A stretch of DNA of 64,000 nt from Sedimentisphaerales bacterium (GTDB taxonomy: Bacteria; Planctomycetota; Phycisphaerae; Sedimentisphaerales; SM23-30). Below, one piece after another: positions 1 to 10,156 of the stretch (position 1 is its first letter; every line of letters begins with the position of its first letter). Where the stretch lies: NCBI GenBank assembly GCA_963663965.2, contig CAXXFK010000007.1, forward strand, positions 96,001 through 160,000, given 5' to 3'. The notes beneath the pieces are model-generated. The model was given only the letters and a program-made list of their open reading frames with translations. It was not told the origin of the DNA and did no database searches. Position numbers and translations under genes: made by a program.

Positions 1-53
1 AAAACGCCCTTCGCTTCCGTTTCTTGCATTAATTCAATATCGGCACTTCTCAT
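1..53 (-). CDS. Possible N-terminus of a gene running off the left edge (MRSADIELMQETEAKGV...), product unknown
   Basis: Open frame from ATG at 53 (alternative ATG at 29) to position 1, with AGGT a few nt upstream; too short to identify. Confidence 0.3.
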   Translation of the reverse strand, partial: MRSADIELMQETEAKGV

Positions 54-118
54 TTAATGACCTAAAAGTCCAATAATATTTTATTTAGCGGCCGATAATG
101 TGAGAGATTAATCAACTT

Positions 119-134
119 TGTTCCACATGAAACA
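119..134. promoter_or_regulatory. parS: parS site (TGTTCCACATGAAACA)
   Basis: One mismatch to TGTTNCACGTGAAACA; upstream of parB. Confidence 0.8.
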
Positions 135-416
135 TTTGTGATTTTACTTAAGCCGTGGGAGTTTAAGCGCCATGTTAATGAACCCGGATGAGGCATTGTC
201 ATTTTCGGTCTGGTGCCCGAATCGGATCGTTCGGGTGTTAATCGTTCAATTTTATGAGGTGATGATAAGTACATAAAGGATAAATGTCGCCTGAAGCGGA
301 TGGACGTGTTTTGAGTTAAAGTTAATTCGAGTAATTAACAATCGGATTAACTGGTAGTTGGCGGAATAGCTTTTATAATAAAATCTGGAGAACTAATAAT
401 TTTGTTTTAATGCTTT

Positions 417-432
417 TGTTTCACGTGAAACA
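417..432. promoter_or_regulatory. parS: parS site, perfect palindrome TGTTTCACGTGAAACA
   Basis: Exact match to the canonical chromosomal parS palindrome. Confidence 0.95.
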
Positions 433-701
433 TATAAAAAGTGGGGTGACTGTTTATTCGGTTTTAGGGTCGGGGCCGCGAAATTAATGGGGGGCATTTA
501 CCCTGAAGTGTGACCAATTCTAATATGTTGTTGTGCTAAATACTTTACCCCTATGGCCGAATCATTTATTTTGAAATCGTTCTCTATAAACGAAAATTTT
601 CATATAATAATAATGGAAGGCTATGAAAAAATATGAGATCAGGCGTTTGTCAGAGAGCTTTCATCATTATATGTCCATTAAAGGGTGCGTTTTACGAACT
701 T

Positions 702-717
702 TGTTTCACATGAAACA
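702..717. promoter_or_regulatory. parS: parS site (TGTTTCACATGAAACA)
   Basis: One mismatch to consensus; ~130 bp before the parB start. Confidence 0.85.
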
Positions 718-758
718 TTTAATGTTTTATTTTTATCGGGCCTCCCAACAAATTTTTG

Positions 759-787
759 TTGCATAGCGAATTATAATATGTGATAAT
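759..787 (+). promoter_or_regulatory. Candidate sigma70 promoter for parB
   Basis: TTGCAT-N17-GATAAT with TG at the extended -10 position; AT-rich context lowers specificity. Confidence 0.35.
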
Positions 788-844
788 ATGAATCTGATTG
801 TTGTTGTGTGTTAATAATATAACATACATATATTGGAGTTGTGT

Positions 845-1798
845 ATGAAAGAAACAAAGCGCAGGCTAGGCAGGGGACTTGATTCTCTTTTGTCTTCGAC
901 TCGAATAAAAGAGATTGATCATGTTGCCGGCCAAAAGATTAAAGAGCCCTTGCCAGATTCATCGGTAGCGATTTCACCGGCCAATGTGACGCCAGTCCAA
1001 AGTCCGCATGGGGACGATATGGTTGTTCATATTCCGGTAGATCAGGTTCTGGTCAATCCTCACCAGCCGCGACGGCACTGGGACGAAGAGAGATTACAGC
1101 ATCTGGCTGAATCGATCCGGGCGAACGGTTTGATTCAGCCCGTTATTGTTCGTCAGATGGGTGAGGGATATCAGTTAATCGCCGGCGAGCGCCGGTTGCG
1201 AGCCACAAAAATAGCCGGGAAAACGACGATCCTTGCGGTTATTCGCCAGGCCAGCGAACAGCAGGTTGTCGAATGGGCGCTGGTGGAAAATATTCATCGA
1301 GACGATCTTGATCCGATCGAACGGGCTCATGCCTATCGGCATTATATTGATCATTTCTTGCTAACACAGGAACAGGCGGCCCTTAAGCTGGGAGAAGACC
1401 GCACGACGATTGCAAACTACATGAGATTGCTGGACCTACCAGAGGAGGTTCGGAGCCTTTTATCCGGCGGAAAGATTTCCATGGGGCATGCCCGCGCGTT
1501 GCTCGGAATTAGAGATGCTAAAATCATGACAGAGCTGGCCCAATCGATACCAGATAAGCATTTGACCGTGCGGGATATTGAAAAAATTGTGCGGAATCTT
1601 AATGCGCAAACCCATTTCGCAGATCGTCCCGCGGAACCCCGAAAACCGCACATTGTAGACCTGGAAAGGGAAATGAGCCAGAAACTTGGCACGAAAGTTC
1701 TGATCAAACCACAGGGGCATAAAGGGCATCGGGGTAAAATTATTATTGAATTTTATAATCTGGACGATTTCGATCGAATTAGAGATATGCTACAATAA
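845..1798 (+). CDS. parB: Chromosome partitioning protein ParB (Spo0J)
   Basis: N-terminal RRLGRGLDSLL peptide, NPHQPR, IAGERRLRA arginine patch, VENIHRDDL, HTH region; ATG at 845 follows GGAG (ORF track starts at TTG 833). Confidence 0.96.
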   Translation: MKETKRRLGRGLDSLLSSTRIKEIDHVAGQKIKEPLPDSSVAISPANVTPVQSPHGDDMVVHIPVDQVLVNPHQPRRHWDEERLQHLAESIRANGLIQPVIVRQMGEGYQLIAGERRLRATKIAGKTTILAVIRQASEQQVVEWALVENIHRDDLDPIERAHAYRHYIDHFLLTQEQAALKLGEDRTTIANYMRLLDLPEEVRSLLSGGKISMGHARALLGIRDAKIMTELAQSIPDKHLTVRDIEKIVRNLNAQTHFADRPAEPRKPHIVDLEREMSQKLGTKVLIKPQGHKGHRGKIIIEFYNLDDFDRIRDMLQ

Positions 1799-1834
1799 CC
1801 CGATATTGTTTTGGCCCATTCAGGCCCATTTGTC

Positions 1835-2287
1835 ATGCATAACACCAACGAAACAGATGAACAGAAAACACGATTGCTTCAAGCGCAGCGCATGCGTTTA
1901 ATGTGCCTGTGGTTGACCGGCCTGGTGTTGTTTGTGTTAACCGCAAAGCCCTGGAATCGTCCTGTGGATTCTTGGCCCGCGTCTGGGCCGGCGGCGCTTT
2001 TTGACCGGGTTGATGTGGAGCGCGATCCATGGACTTCCATCGCGCGCCTGAATGGAATAGGCAGGTCATTGTCTATACAGATTATAGATTATCGTTCCCG
2101 CAATAGCGGCAATGGCGGGCCGTGTTTTGGATGCCCGGAAGACATGCAGCGAGTCAAAGGCGTCGGTCCGGCAAAAACAGATCGGATTCGAGCAGACCTT
2201 TACTTTGGACCAGCCCTGTTTCCTGAAACACACGATGTTATTAATAATCACGACAGAACAACGAGAGAATTAAAACGATATGAGTAA
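1835..2287 (+). CDS. Membrane-anchored helix-hairpin-helix DNA-binding protein, ComEA-like
   Basis: One hydrophobic segment, then HhH motifs LNGIGRSLSIQIIDYR and VKGVGPAKTDRI; start uncertain (1811 or 1835). Confidence 0.7.
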   Translation: MHNTNETDEQKTRLLQAQRMRLMCLWLTGLVLFVLTAKPWNRPVDSWPASGPAALFDRVDVERDPWTSIARLNGIGRSLSIQIIDYRSRNSGNGGPCFGCPEDMQRVKGVGPAKTDRIRADLYFGPALFPETHDVINNHDRTTRELKRYE

Positions 2288-2774
2288 CGACCAATGGCAA
2301 ATCAAAAAGGGGGGGGAAAAATGTGCCGGGAGCGATAAAACGCTCGAACCCGGCGAAGAATATTATGCGGCGTTAATCGAAACGAATGAGGGGTTCGATC
2401 GCATTGACTATAGTGTCGATTATTGGAACCATCAACAGCCGGCCGTCTATTGTTTCTGGAAAACACGTGTGCCGGTGAAAGAAGAAAAAAAGAAGCTGTT
2501 TGTGGATGACGCGATCCTGGTCAATATTTTTGAACGGCTGGAAAACGAACAGGATCCCATGAAAATCAATTTCAGGTTTGTGCTGGCCTTGATCCTGATG
2601 CGAAAGAAACTATTGAAGTATGAAGACACGCTACGAGAGGGCGACCAGGAAATCTGGAAAATGAAAATGGCGCGCGAGGAAAAAGTCCATCAAGTGACTA
2701 ACCCGCATCTCACCGATGAAAAAATAGAACAGGTCTCTGTGGAACTGAGTACGATTTTGCATGGAGAATTATAG
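2280..2774 (+). CDS. Conserved hypothetical protein (planctomycete type)
   Basis: Intact ORF overlapping the previous stop; FVLALILMRKKLLK segment resembles a family seen in planctomycetes. Confidence 0.75.
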   Translation: MSNDQWQIKKGGEKCAGSDKTLEPGEEYYAALIETNEGFDRIDYSVDYWNHQQPAVYCFWKTRVPVKEEKKKLFVDDAILVNIFERLENEQDPMKINFRFVLALILMRKKLLKYEDTLREGDQEIWKMKMAREEKVHQVTNPHLTDEKIEQVSVELSTILHGEL

Positions 2775-2798
2775 CCTGGTGTTTAGGAGAGAATCGTA

Positions 2799-3737
2799 AT
2801 GACAATTAAAAATAAAAAACAAAAAGTGGATCATCGCCATGGCATTCATGCCTGGCAAACGGCGCGTCTTGTTCCTGGCTATATTGGGATGTTTATCGTT
2901 TTGTTTGTTGCTGCGGGTTGCCCGCGCCCCCAGAAATTGTCCCCCGTGCCATCGCCAATTTTATTGACGGACGCATTAACCCGTTATAATGATAATGTCG
3001 AAGCCGTGGGGGCGTTTTCCGCCAAAATATCACAGTGGGAAGCGGTTTTACATGAAGACGATAAATCGCATAAGGTTCGTGAATCGGGTGGAAAGATTTT
3101 CTTTGCCCCGCCTGATTCCGATCAGGCGCGCGCCCGATTAAGTTTGCGGGCATCGGCCAGTTTCTACGACCTCAAAGCGCTTATCCTGGGCTCCAACGAT
3201 GAGGAGTTCTGGATGATTGTTACCCCGCAGAAATTTGGGATGTGGGGGCGATATGATAATCTGGAAAAACCCTGTGGCGGCAAACTTCCATTCGACCCCC
3301 AACAGATCCTGGATCTGGCCGGCCTGAAAACCATTCCCGACCAACCGGCCTGGTCGCCTTATCCCGTTTATAAGGTATTGCCTGAAGACTATGTGATCGA
3401 ATATGTCAGGCCTTCGGAAGAAGGGCTCTGGCTTCAACGCGAAATTGTTATCGATCGCCGCACGGACCATCCCCGCGAAATCAAACTTTACGATCGCGAG
3501 GGTTTGTGCCTTGGGCGCAGTGAATTAAGTGAGTATCTGCCACTGGAAAATGGATTTATTCCGGGCCGCATTCGCCTTATTTTTAAAGACGAGCGGGAGC
3601 GCGATAATATATTCCAACTTAAGTTGACCCGGCCCCGGCCCCTGACGGAGATTCATCCACTATTGTTTGAGCGCCCCGAAGAACCAACCGGCCTGGACAC
3701 CTATCAACAAATTGACAAAGATTGTGACGAGAACTAA
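2799..3737 (+). CDS. Putative lipoprotein, possibly LolA/LolB-like beta-sheet fold
   Basis: AGGAGA RBS; hydrophobic stretch ending in lipobox VAAGC; beta-strand-rich pattern. Confidence 0.6.
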   Translation: MTIKNKKQKVDHRHGIHAWQTARLVPGYIGMFIVLFVAAGCPRPQKLSPVPSPILLTDALTRYNDNVEAVGAFSAKISQWEAVLHEDDKSHKVRESGGKIFFAPPDSDQARARLSLRASASFYDLKALILGSNDEEFWMIVTPQKFGMWGRYDNLEKPCGGKLPFDPQQILDLAGLKTIPDQPAWSPYPVYKVLPEDYVIEYVRPSEEGLWLQREIVIDRRTDHPREIKLYDREGLCLGRSELSEYLPLENGFIPGRIRLIFKDERERDNIFQLKLTRPRPLTEIHPLLFERPEEPTGLDTYQQIDKDCDEN

Positions 3738-3741
3738 AAAT

Positions 3742-5463
3742 ATGCATAGAAGGTTTAACATAAAATACCTTGTAGTTATACTATTGTTGATCCCTTGGAT
3801 ATTATTCGCGCAAGACAATCCGGGGCGGGCCGTTAATCCGGTATCGCTTAGTCAGGCGCCGACAATGCAGCCCGTTAGCGCGCGGGCCATTTTCATGGCC
3901 GGCGATGACCAGGCGCTTTATGTTGTTAAGCCGGGCTCGCAAAATGATCAACCCGCGTTCCAGGTGCGTTTCCGGGCCCGGACTTCCCCGGAGTTGTCCC
4001 CGGGAAAATGGTACCAGGGTTTGCCCGAGGTGGTTGCCGCCTGGAATGGCAAGCTGGTTGTGTTTACTGAATCGGGGGGGTGTTTCAGTTATTCATCCGA
4101 TAGCGCTTCATCATTGCCGCCATTGCCGGAGGGCCATAAGGCGATCATTGCCCAAGGCGACAATAATGGACTGCTGGTTCTGGCCCGCCGACAAAATGAA
4201 TTTGGTTTGTTTGAATTATCCGGCCTCAGTGGCTGGAAGCAATTTGATGGTGTTATTGATTTGACCGATTGGGACATTCGAACCTTGGCGTTAATCCGGC
4301 AAAACGAAACAATTGCCCTATACGGATGGCAACAGAACCGGGGCTATCAGTTGTTGCAATTTAATGACGGTCAGCCCGGAATTCTCTCCACACTCTCTCT
4401 GCCAGACAATGAATCGGCCATGTCGCGCCCGGCCCGGCTCTACGCGCTCAGCGTGAATCGCGATACGCGGTTGATCGCCGCCTTTGAAACCCCCCGCGCT
4501 GGCTATAGTTATAAAATTGGATGGCTGGAAAACGGCGAATTGCGTTTCAGCAACAATCTGATGGAAACCCTGGACAGTTATCTGAATATTAAACCGGATG
4601 ATATCGGGTTTGCCAGCAATGGCCAGATGATCGCCGCGGCCAGTTTTGCCCAGGATGATCGTTTGTATCTGGGCTATTTTACTCCTAATGGGTTTTTAAG
4701 CCTGCCCATGGAGCCTTTGGCCAGCCAGCGCGTTCCGCTCCATCCTCTTTTTAATATCTTTGCCCGTCAGGAACTTATCTTTATCGGAATGTTAATTCTG
4801 GGCATGATTGTTTTTAATCGTCGTTCAGAGGCCTTCGTGCCGGCAATTGAATCCCTGCCATCGGACGTAATTCCGGCCCATCCCTTTCGTCGATTGCTGG
4901 CATTTCTGATAGACAACTTAATCATCCTTTTTATCAGCGGCATTGTATTCCAGTTGATTGCCAGCCAGCGGTTCACCGAAGAACAGATGTTACATGCCAA
5001 TGAAGCCTTATATCAGGTCTTCAAGCAATATTTGGGTTATAATGTCCAGGAAGTATCATCGACGGATTCTCAATATGTCGTTGATATCGTTAAAATATAC
5101 GCGATTACCTCTGGCGTGGTTTTCTTGCTTTATTTTATTGTTCTGGAGGGATTATTCAGTTTCACTCCCGGTAAAAGAGTTTTAAAACTGGTCGTACTGG
5201 ATTATGAAGGCCGCCCTCTGTCTCCCTGGAAATCCATCGTGCGCAATGGACTGCGCGTTATAGACACAAATGCGTTTATGCTGTTTTTTACCATACCGAT
5301 CATGTTCGTGACTCCCAGGCGACAACGGCCTGGCGACCTGGCCGCGCGCACCATTGTTGCGCTGGCCACTCCTGAACTGATAAAACGTATTGTTGAACAG
5401 AATAAGCGGATTCTGCTCAAGCGCCAGGAAGAGATGCGCAAGGACGACAACGATATGTTTTGA
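3742..5463 (+). CDS. RDD-family membrane protein with a large N-terminal extracytoplasmic domain
   Basis: Signal-like N-terminus; C-terminal RRLLAFLID, TPGKRVLKLVV and RQRPGDLAARTIV RDD motifs. Confidence 0.8.
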   Translation: MHRRFNIKYLVVILLLIPWILFAQDNPGRAVNPVSLSQAPTMQPVSARAIFMAGDDQALYVVKPGSQNDQPAFQVRFRARTSPELSPGKWYQGLPEVVAAWNGKLVVFTESGGCFSYSSDSASSLPPLPEGHKAIIAQGDNNGLLVLARRQNEFGLFELSGLSGWKQFDGVIDLTDWDIRTLALIRQNETIALYGWQQNRGYQLLQFNDGQPGILSTLSLPDNESAMSRPARLYALSVNRDTRLIAAFETPRAGYSYKIGWLENGELRFSNNLMETLDSYLNIKPDDIGFASNGQMIAAASFAQDDRLYLGYFTPNGFLSLPMEPLASQRVPLHPLFNIFARQELIFIGMLILGMIVFNRRSEAFVPAIESLPSDVIPAHPFRRLLAFLIDNLIILFISGIVFQLIASQRFTEEQMLHANEALYQVFKQYLGYNVQEVSSTDSQYVVDIVKIYAITSGVVFLLYFIVLEGLFSFTPGKRVLKLVVLDYEGRPLSPWKSIVRNGLRVIDTNAFMLFFTIPIMFVTPRRQRPGDLAARTIVALATPELIKRIVEQNKRILLKRQEEMRKDDNDMF

Positions 5464-5479
5464 ATTTTTTAGAGGCGCC

Positions 5480-6193
5480 CTATAGAGGCAATTCGGCCAG
5501 ATCGCGCACACTGCTTACCGTGATGGGTTTGAATTCATGTTCATCGGGATTTTCTATGGTTTTGTAACGCGATGCCCGTTCATGACGAATCCAGACCGGA
5601 GTCATACCCACCTCGCGAGAACCTAGCACATCACAATCAAAACGGTCGCCGACATAAACGCATTGCCCGGCAGGCAATCCCATTTCATCCAGCGCCGCCT
5701 GAAAAATTCTGGGATCCGGTTTCATACATCCCACCCGGGTTGAATCGGTCATTGTTTCGAATAAATCATCAAGGTTGTAATGCCGACACCAACCGGCAGT
5801 ATTTCCCCAATTGTTGCTGATGCATCCCAGGCGATAATTCTGACGGAGTTTTTCCAGAACCGGGCGATTTGTGTTGATATAGTTCCCGGCGCTGGACGCA
5901 AAGCCATTGGCTACCTCTTCAGAATTCCAGGATATAGCCGGATGATCCTCTTTCATTTTTTTATAAAGTACTTCAGCTATCCGCTGAATGGTGCCGTCCA
6001 ATAACAAATCAGTCGTCCCTTCCATTGTACAGATCCGGTCAAAAGCAAACCTGGCATACTCTTCCATTTCTGAAAGCTGAATCCCGTTTATGTGGGCGTG
6101 AATCAAGTCATATAGCCTCACATACCAATCCAGGCCGTCATGATCCAGCGTGCCGCCGAAATCAAATAGAATCGCTTTAATCTGATTCATCAT
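5480..6193 (-). CDS. HAD-superfamily hydrolase (subfamily IA)
   Basis: FDFGGTL motif I, ISN motif II, KPDPRIF, VGDRFDCD motif IV. Confidence 0.9.
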   Translation of the reverse strand: MMNQIKAILFDFGGTLDHDGLDWYVRLYDLIHAHINGIQLSEMEEYARFAFDRICTMEGTTDLLLDGTIQRIAEVLYKKMKEDHPAISWNSEEVANGFASSAGNYINTNRPVLEKLRQNYRLGCISNNWGNTAGWCRHYNLDDLFETMTDSTRVGCMKPDPRIFQAALDEMGLPAGQCVYVGDRFDCDVLGSREVGMTPVWIRHERASRYKTIENPDEHEFKPITVSSVRDLAELPL

Positions 6194-6482
6194 AACTCTT
6201 TCAAAATAAATGAATTATAGCAAATTAGGGTTTTGTCGATACCCCTTTTGAAAAATTATAACAACCGTGGCCAAATTCGTCACGGTAAAAGTAAATCGAT
6301 AGTTTGCTTAAACCGACCATGTTGGTTTATGGTTTTCCATACGAAATGATAAATAGGAGCGGTGATATTAATAACGCGCACGAATGTTAGGAGAAAATAA
6401 TGTGTGAATAAGTGTATGTTTTATAACGAGTTAAAAAGAGCGAGGCCCTAAAAACAAGAATTTAACTTGATAATTCAAAAAG

Positions 6483-6496
6483 TGAATCTATATTCA
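6483..6496. promoter_or_regulatory. Candidate TetR operator (TGAAT-CTAT-ATTCA) overlapping a candidate -10 (TTGATA 6467-6472, N16, TATATT)
   Basis: Inverted repeat ~50 bp upstream of the TetR gene. Confidence 0.5.
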
Positions 6497-6547
6497 TATA
6501 ATAAAACCAATGATTCATCTTAATGATTTTTAAATATAGCAGTTAAA

Positions 6548-7138
6548 ATGTTCAATACTCGAAAACAGGAACTGATTCAACAGCTCGGCCAAGACACGGT
6601 CTTTGATGCCTTGCTGAATTTGATGCGAACCGAAGGTCTCGAAGGTCTGACCATGCAAAAGGTAGCCAGTCAGGCGGGTATGGCTATCGGGACACTCTAT
6701 AAATTTTTTAAAAGCAAAGAAGAACTCCTGAATTATGCTGACCAGCGTTTGTTTGATATCTTTCTGGATGAAACCTGCAATGTTCCGGTTGAAATGCCGC
6801 CCGATCAAAAATTACGTTTTTTTACCCGGGCCGGTCTCAATTTTTTCCTGAGTAATATTGGTATCTATGTGATTCTCGAACGAGCCCGGTTGATGAATCT
6901 GTTGGACAAAGAACAGGAGACCCGCCAAAAAGATTATTGTGTTGTCAAAGTTCAGGAAATTGTTCAGCAGGGTATCGATACCGGCATATTCCGACAGGTT
7001 GATACCCATACTACCGCCGGTTTATATCTGAGTTTGTTAATCGGTTATTTTCATGTTCAGATTGAGTATCGCTCTATAGACATAGAAGTGGGTACAGAAA
7101 AAATTCATGAGATGATGATGCGGTATTTAATGAATTAA
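6548..7138 (+). CDS. TetR/AcrR family transcriptional regulator
   Basis: GLEGLTMQKVASQAGMAIGTLYKFFKSKEEL HTH; heads the efflux operon. Confidence 0.93.
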   Translation: MFNTRKQELIQQLGQDTVFDALLNLMRTEGLEGLTMQKVASQAGMAIGTLYKFFKSKEELLNYADQRLFDIFLDETCNVPVEMPPDQKLRFFTRAGLNFFLSNIGIYVILERARLMNLLDKEQETRQKDYCVVKVQEIVQQGIDTGIFRQVDTHTTAGLYLSLLIGYFHVQIEYRSIDIEVGTEKIHEMMMRYLMN

Positions 7139-7245
7139 GCTGTTAATGAGATCTTAATTTGACATTGTTGTTTATATCTGGCAAGAATTTGTTTTGCCCT
7201 CCTTAAAAATCCCAAGTAAACTTCCTGCCTGAGGAAAAATTCGGA

Positions 7246-8763
7246 ATGAAACCATATGCCACGTTATGTCTGACAGTAATCGTTATGTCTGTTTTAACCG
7301 GATGTTTCGATACCCGGCAAATCGAAAAAGAATTCGATCGAAACCGGGCGGCCGGCTATGCCCGCCTGACCCGCGTTGCGACACCCGAATCAAATCAATC
7401 TGAAATACCATCCGATACTCTGCCAATAATTTCAGGACCATTATCCCTGCAATCTTGTATTGATATGGCATTGGTTCATAACAAGGAAGTGCAAATTGCT
7501 CGCAGTCGCCTGCTCGAATCGGATGGCCAGATGCAGGAAGCCATCTCGACGGCATTGCCCAAAGCCAGCCTGCAAGGGGAGCAGATGTGGAAGGATCAGG
7601 AGATCGAGTTTTCTTTCAGCGATTTATTTTCCGGCGGCGGGGGGCAGAATGATCCCGCAAGCGATTTCAGTGTTCCGCCGACTACCTATAGTCAGGAATC
7701 GCGCCAGATCCAGTTGCTTGTCCGACAACCCATCTATCTTGGAGGAGTCATTGGCGCCGCGCTGGATGCCGCCAAAGTGTATACTTACCAGGTTCAGCAG
7801 CAATTGCGGGCTTCCGTCCAAAGCGTGCAATATCGAACCCGCCAGGATTATTTAAATGTATTGCTTGCGCGCGAACTGGCCGGCGTGGCGAGCCAGGCGC
7901 GCGATAATGCCGCCCGCTTACTGGAGGATACCCGCAAAAAATATGAGTCGGGTCTGGCAGCGCGGTTTGATGTGTTGCGCGCTGAAGTGCGGCTCAAAGC
8001 CATGGAAGCTGAAACCATTCGGCGCGATAATGAATTCGATACCGCGGTTATTCAATTGCGTAACACATTGGGGATCTCTCAGATGAGCGACATTGAATTG
8101 TCGGATGTTCTCGAGCATAAAGCGGTTGAGTATGATCGTGAGGCCACGTTGCATCATGCCATGTTGCGACGGCCCGATCTGCTGATTGGCGAGGCGATGG
8201 TGCGTCTGATGGTAGACAATCTCCGGTCCGAAAAGGCCGGCGACAAACCCAATGTGTATCTTCAGGGTTCCTATATCCGCAGTTATCCGGGTTCCGGGGA
8301 ACAGTTTGGCGGTCGCGACTGGGACATGTACGCCACCGCCGGCCTGGTGGTGGAGTGGAATTTTTTTGATGGTTTGCGTACGCGCGGTAGAGTCCTTCAG
8401 GCCAAATCAAAACTCCAGCAGCAGCGTCTTGACCTCCAACGGCTGGAACAGAAAACACAGCTTGAAGTCAGTCAGGCATTGAAAAATATCGAAAACGCGG
8501 AAAGGTATCTTCTGACCCAGGCCGGCAATGCGGACAATGCCCGGGAAGCCCTGCGACTCACCCGGGTCAGTTATCGGGAGGGTTCCGCCACTTCTCTGGA
8601 TGTCATTACGGAAGAAGTTGCCCTGGCTCAGGCGCAATCCGATTACTTTACTGCAATCCATAATTACCAAAGCGCCATTCTCAATCTGGAACTTGCTATG
8701 GGTACTTTGGGTGAACGAAACTTGAATCAGGTTAATTCTGAAACCGAAGAGCCGACGAATTGA
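7246..8763 (+). CDS. TolC-family outer membrane efflux lipoprotein
   Basis: Lipobox LTGC; two OEP-like repeats (YESGLAARFDVLRAE, YREGSATSLDVI). Confidence 0.9.
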   Translation: MKPYATLCLTVIVMSVLTGCFDTRQIEKEFDRNRAAGYARLTRVATPESNQSEIPSDTLPIISGPLSLQSCIDMALVHNKEVQIARSRLLESDGQMQEAISTALPKASLQGEQMWKDQEIEFSFSDLFSGGGGQNDPASDFSVPPTTYSQESRQIQLLVRQPIYLGGVIGAALDAAKVYTYQVQQQLRASVQSVQYRTRQDYLNVLLARELAGVASQARDNAARLLEDTRKKYESGLAARFDVLRAEVRLKAMEAETIRRDNEFDTAVIQLRNTLGISQMSDIELSDVLEHKAVEYDREATLHHAMLRRPDLLIGEAMVRLMVDNLRSEKAGDKPNVYLQGSYIRSYPGSGEQFGGRDWDMYATAGLVVEWNFFDGLRTRGRVLQAKSKLQQQRLDLQRLEQKTQLEVSQALKNIENAERYLLTQAGNADNAREALRLTRVSYREGSATSLDVITEEVALAQAQSDYFTAIHNYQSAILNLELAMGTLGERNLNQVNSETEEPTN

Positions 8764-8839
8764 AATTCAATTACCGACAATTACGCCTTGCCAATAGAAT
8801 CGCAAGGCTCTAGAAAATAAATATCAGGAGCAATCAGCG

Positions 8840-10099
8840 ATGAAGAAATTGATCGTCATTATTATTCTGGTTCTGGCCATTCTGGGCGGGGCCGCTTATT
8901 ACCGGGTCAATGAACTGCGCAACCAGCCGGAAATCAAAGGCATCGACGAAATCCAGCAGGATAATGGTTTGCCGGTCCGGATTTTTGAATGTCAAACGGA
9001 ATCGGTAGATGATACCTTTCTGGCCAGCGGTACCATTGAACCCATTCAGACCGTTGCCATTGCCGCTGAAGTGCCTGGCCGGGTCGAACAAATCCAAGTC
9101 AAAGTCGGCCAGCCAGTCAAGCAAGGGGATTTGCTGATCACGCTCGATACCACAACCGCCCTGCTGAGTTTGCGGCAGGCGGAAGAATCGCTCCGTCAAG
9201 CCGAACAGGCGTTGACCAAATTAGAAAATGGTTCGCGTCCCGAAGAAATCGAACTGGCCCGCGCGCAAATGGAGCAGGCCCGGGCCGACCTTGATCTGAA
9301 GAAGTTGGAAAAAGAACGGTTCAGCAAGCTCTTCGAAGAGGAAGCCGCCACGCTGCAAATGAAACAGCAAACCGAAGCCGCCTGCCATGCGGCGCAAGCC
9401 CTTTTTGACGCGGCGCAGGCCTCCTATCAACTGGCCCGGTCCGGCCCGCGCGCCGAGGATATTGAATTGGCTAAAATTGCCGTCGATCAGGCCAAAACGG
9501 CCCTGGCTCAGGCCCGGGACCATCTTGAAGATTTCTATCTCAAAGCGCCTTTTGACGGCGTTATCGCGCAAAAAATGACTGAAGTGGGCGATATTGCCGA
9601 CTTTAAGCAAACCCTGTTTCGTTTAATGCGGATTGGCCGGGTCTATAGCGATGTCGATGTCTCTGAATTGTATATCGGCAAAGTCAACATTGGCATGCCG
9701 GTGAAAGTGCGGGCGGATGCGCTGCCCGGCGAAACATTTGTTGGGAAAGTGTCTGAAATTAATCCGGCCAGTACGGGCCCTGGGCGTTCTTATCTGACCC
9801 GTATTGAAATTGACAACCGCTCCGGCCGTTTGCGCCAGGGTATGTTTGCCCGTGCGGAGTTCGTAATGGATCATATTGAAAATGTATTTTTATTGCCGGA
9901 TGATGCGGTCAGAGATGAGCGCGGTCAAAGTTATGTTCTGGCTATAAGCGAACAAAATGTGGTTGAAAAAGTTGACGTTAAAACGGGCAGAATGATTGGC
10001 GACCGCATCATCGTCGAATCCGGCATTACGACTGGCATGAAAGTTGTTGTAATGGGCATGAATATTGAGCCCGGCCGTAAAGTTACCATCGTGGAATAA
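8840..10099 (+). CDS. RND periplasmic adaptor (membrane fusion protein) with a long alpha-hairpin
   Basis: N-terminal TM; lipoyl halves VPGRVEQIQVKVGQPVKQGD and LKAPFDGVI; LRQGMFAR. Confidence 0.92.
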   Translation: MKKLIVIIILVLAILGGAAYYRVNELRNQPEIKGIDEIQQDNGLPVRIFECQTESVDDTFLASGTIEPIQTVAIAAEVPGRVEQIQVKVGQPVKQGDLLITLDTTTALLSLRQAEESLRQAEQALTKLENGSRPEEIELARAQMEQARADLDLKKLEKERFSKLFEEEAATLQMKQQTEAACHAAQALFDAAQASYQLARSGPRAEDIELAKIAVDQAKTALAQARDHLEDFYLKAPFDGVIAQKMTEVGDIADFKQTLFRLMRIGRVYSDVDVSELYIGKVNIGMPVKVRADALPGETFVGKVSEINPASTGPGRSYLTRIEIDNRSGRLRQGMFARAEFVMDHIENVFLLPDDAVRDERGQSYVLAISEQNVVEKVDVKTGRMIGDRIIVESGITTGMKVVVMGMNIEPGRKVTIVE

Positions 10100-10156
10100 G
10101 GTGTTGGTTTGTTTCTGTAACAAGCGATAGCTTTCAATTGATAGGTGAGATAATTC

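Noticed and set aside
62..274. 70-aa minus-strand ORF upstream of parB
   Set aside because: No recognisable motif or RBS, and it overlaps a parS site in AT-rich regulatory DNA
6403..6411. TGTGAATAA, a DnaA-box-like 9-mer
   Set aside because: Single copy; no DnaA-box cluster, so oriC cannot be called
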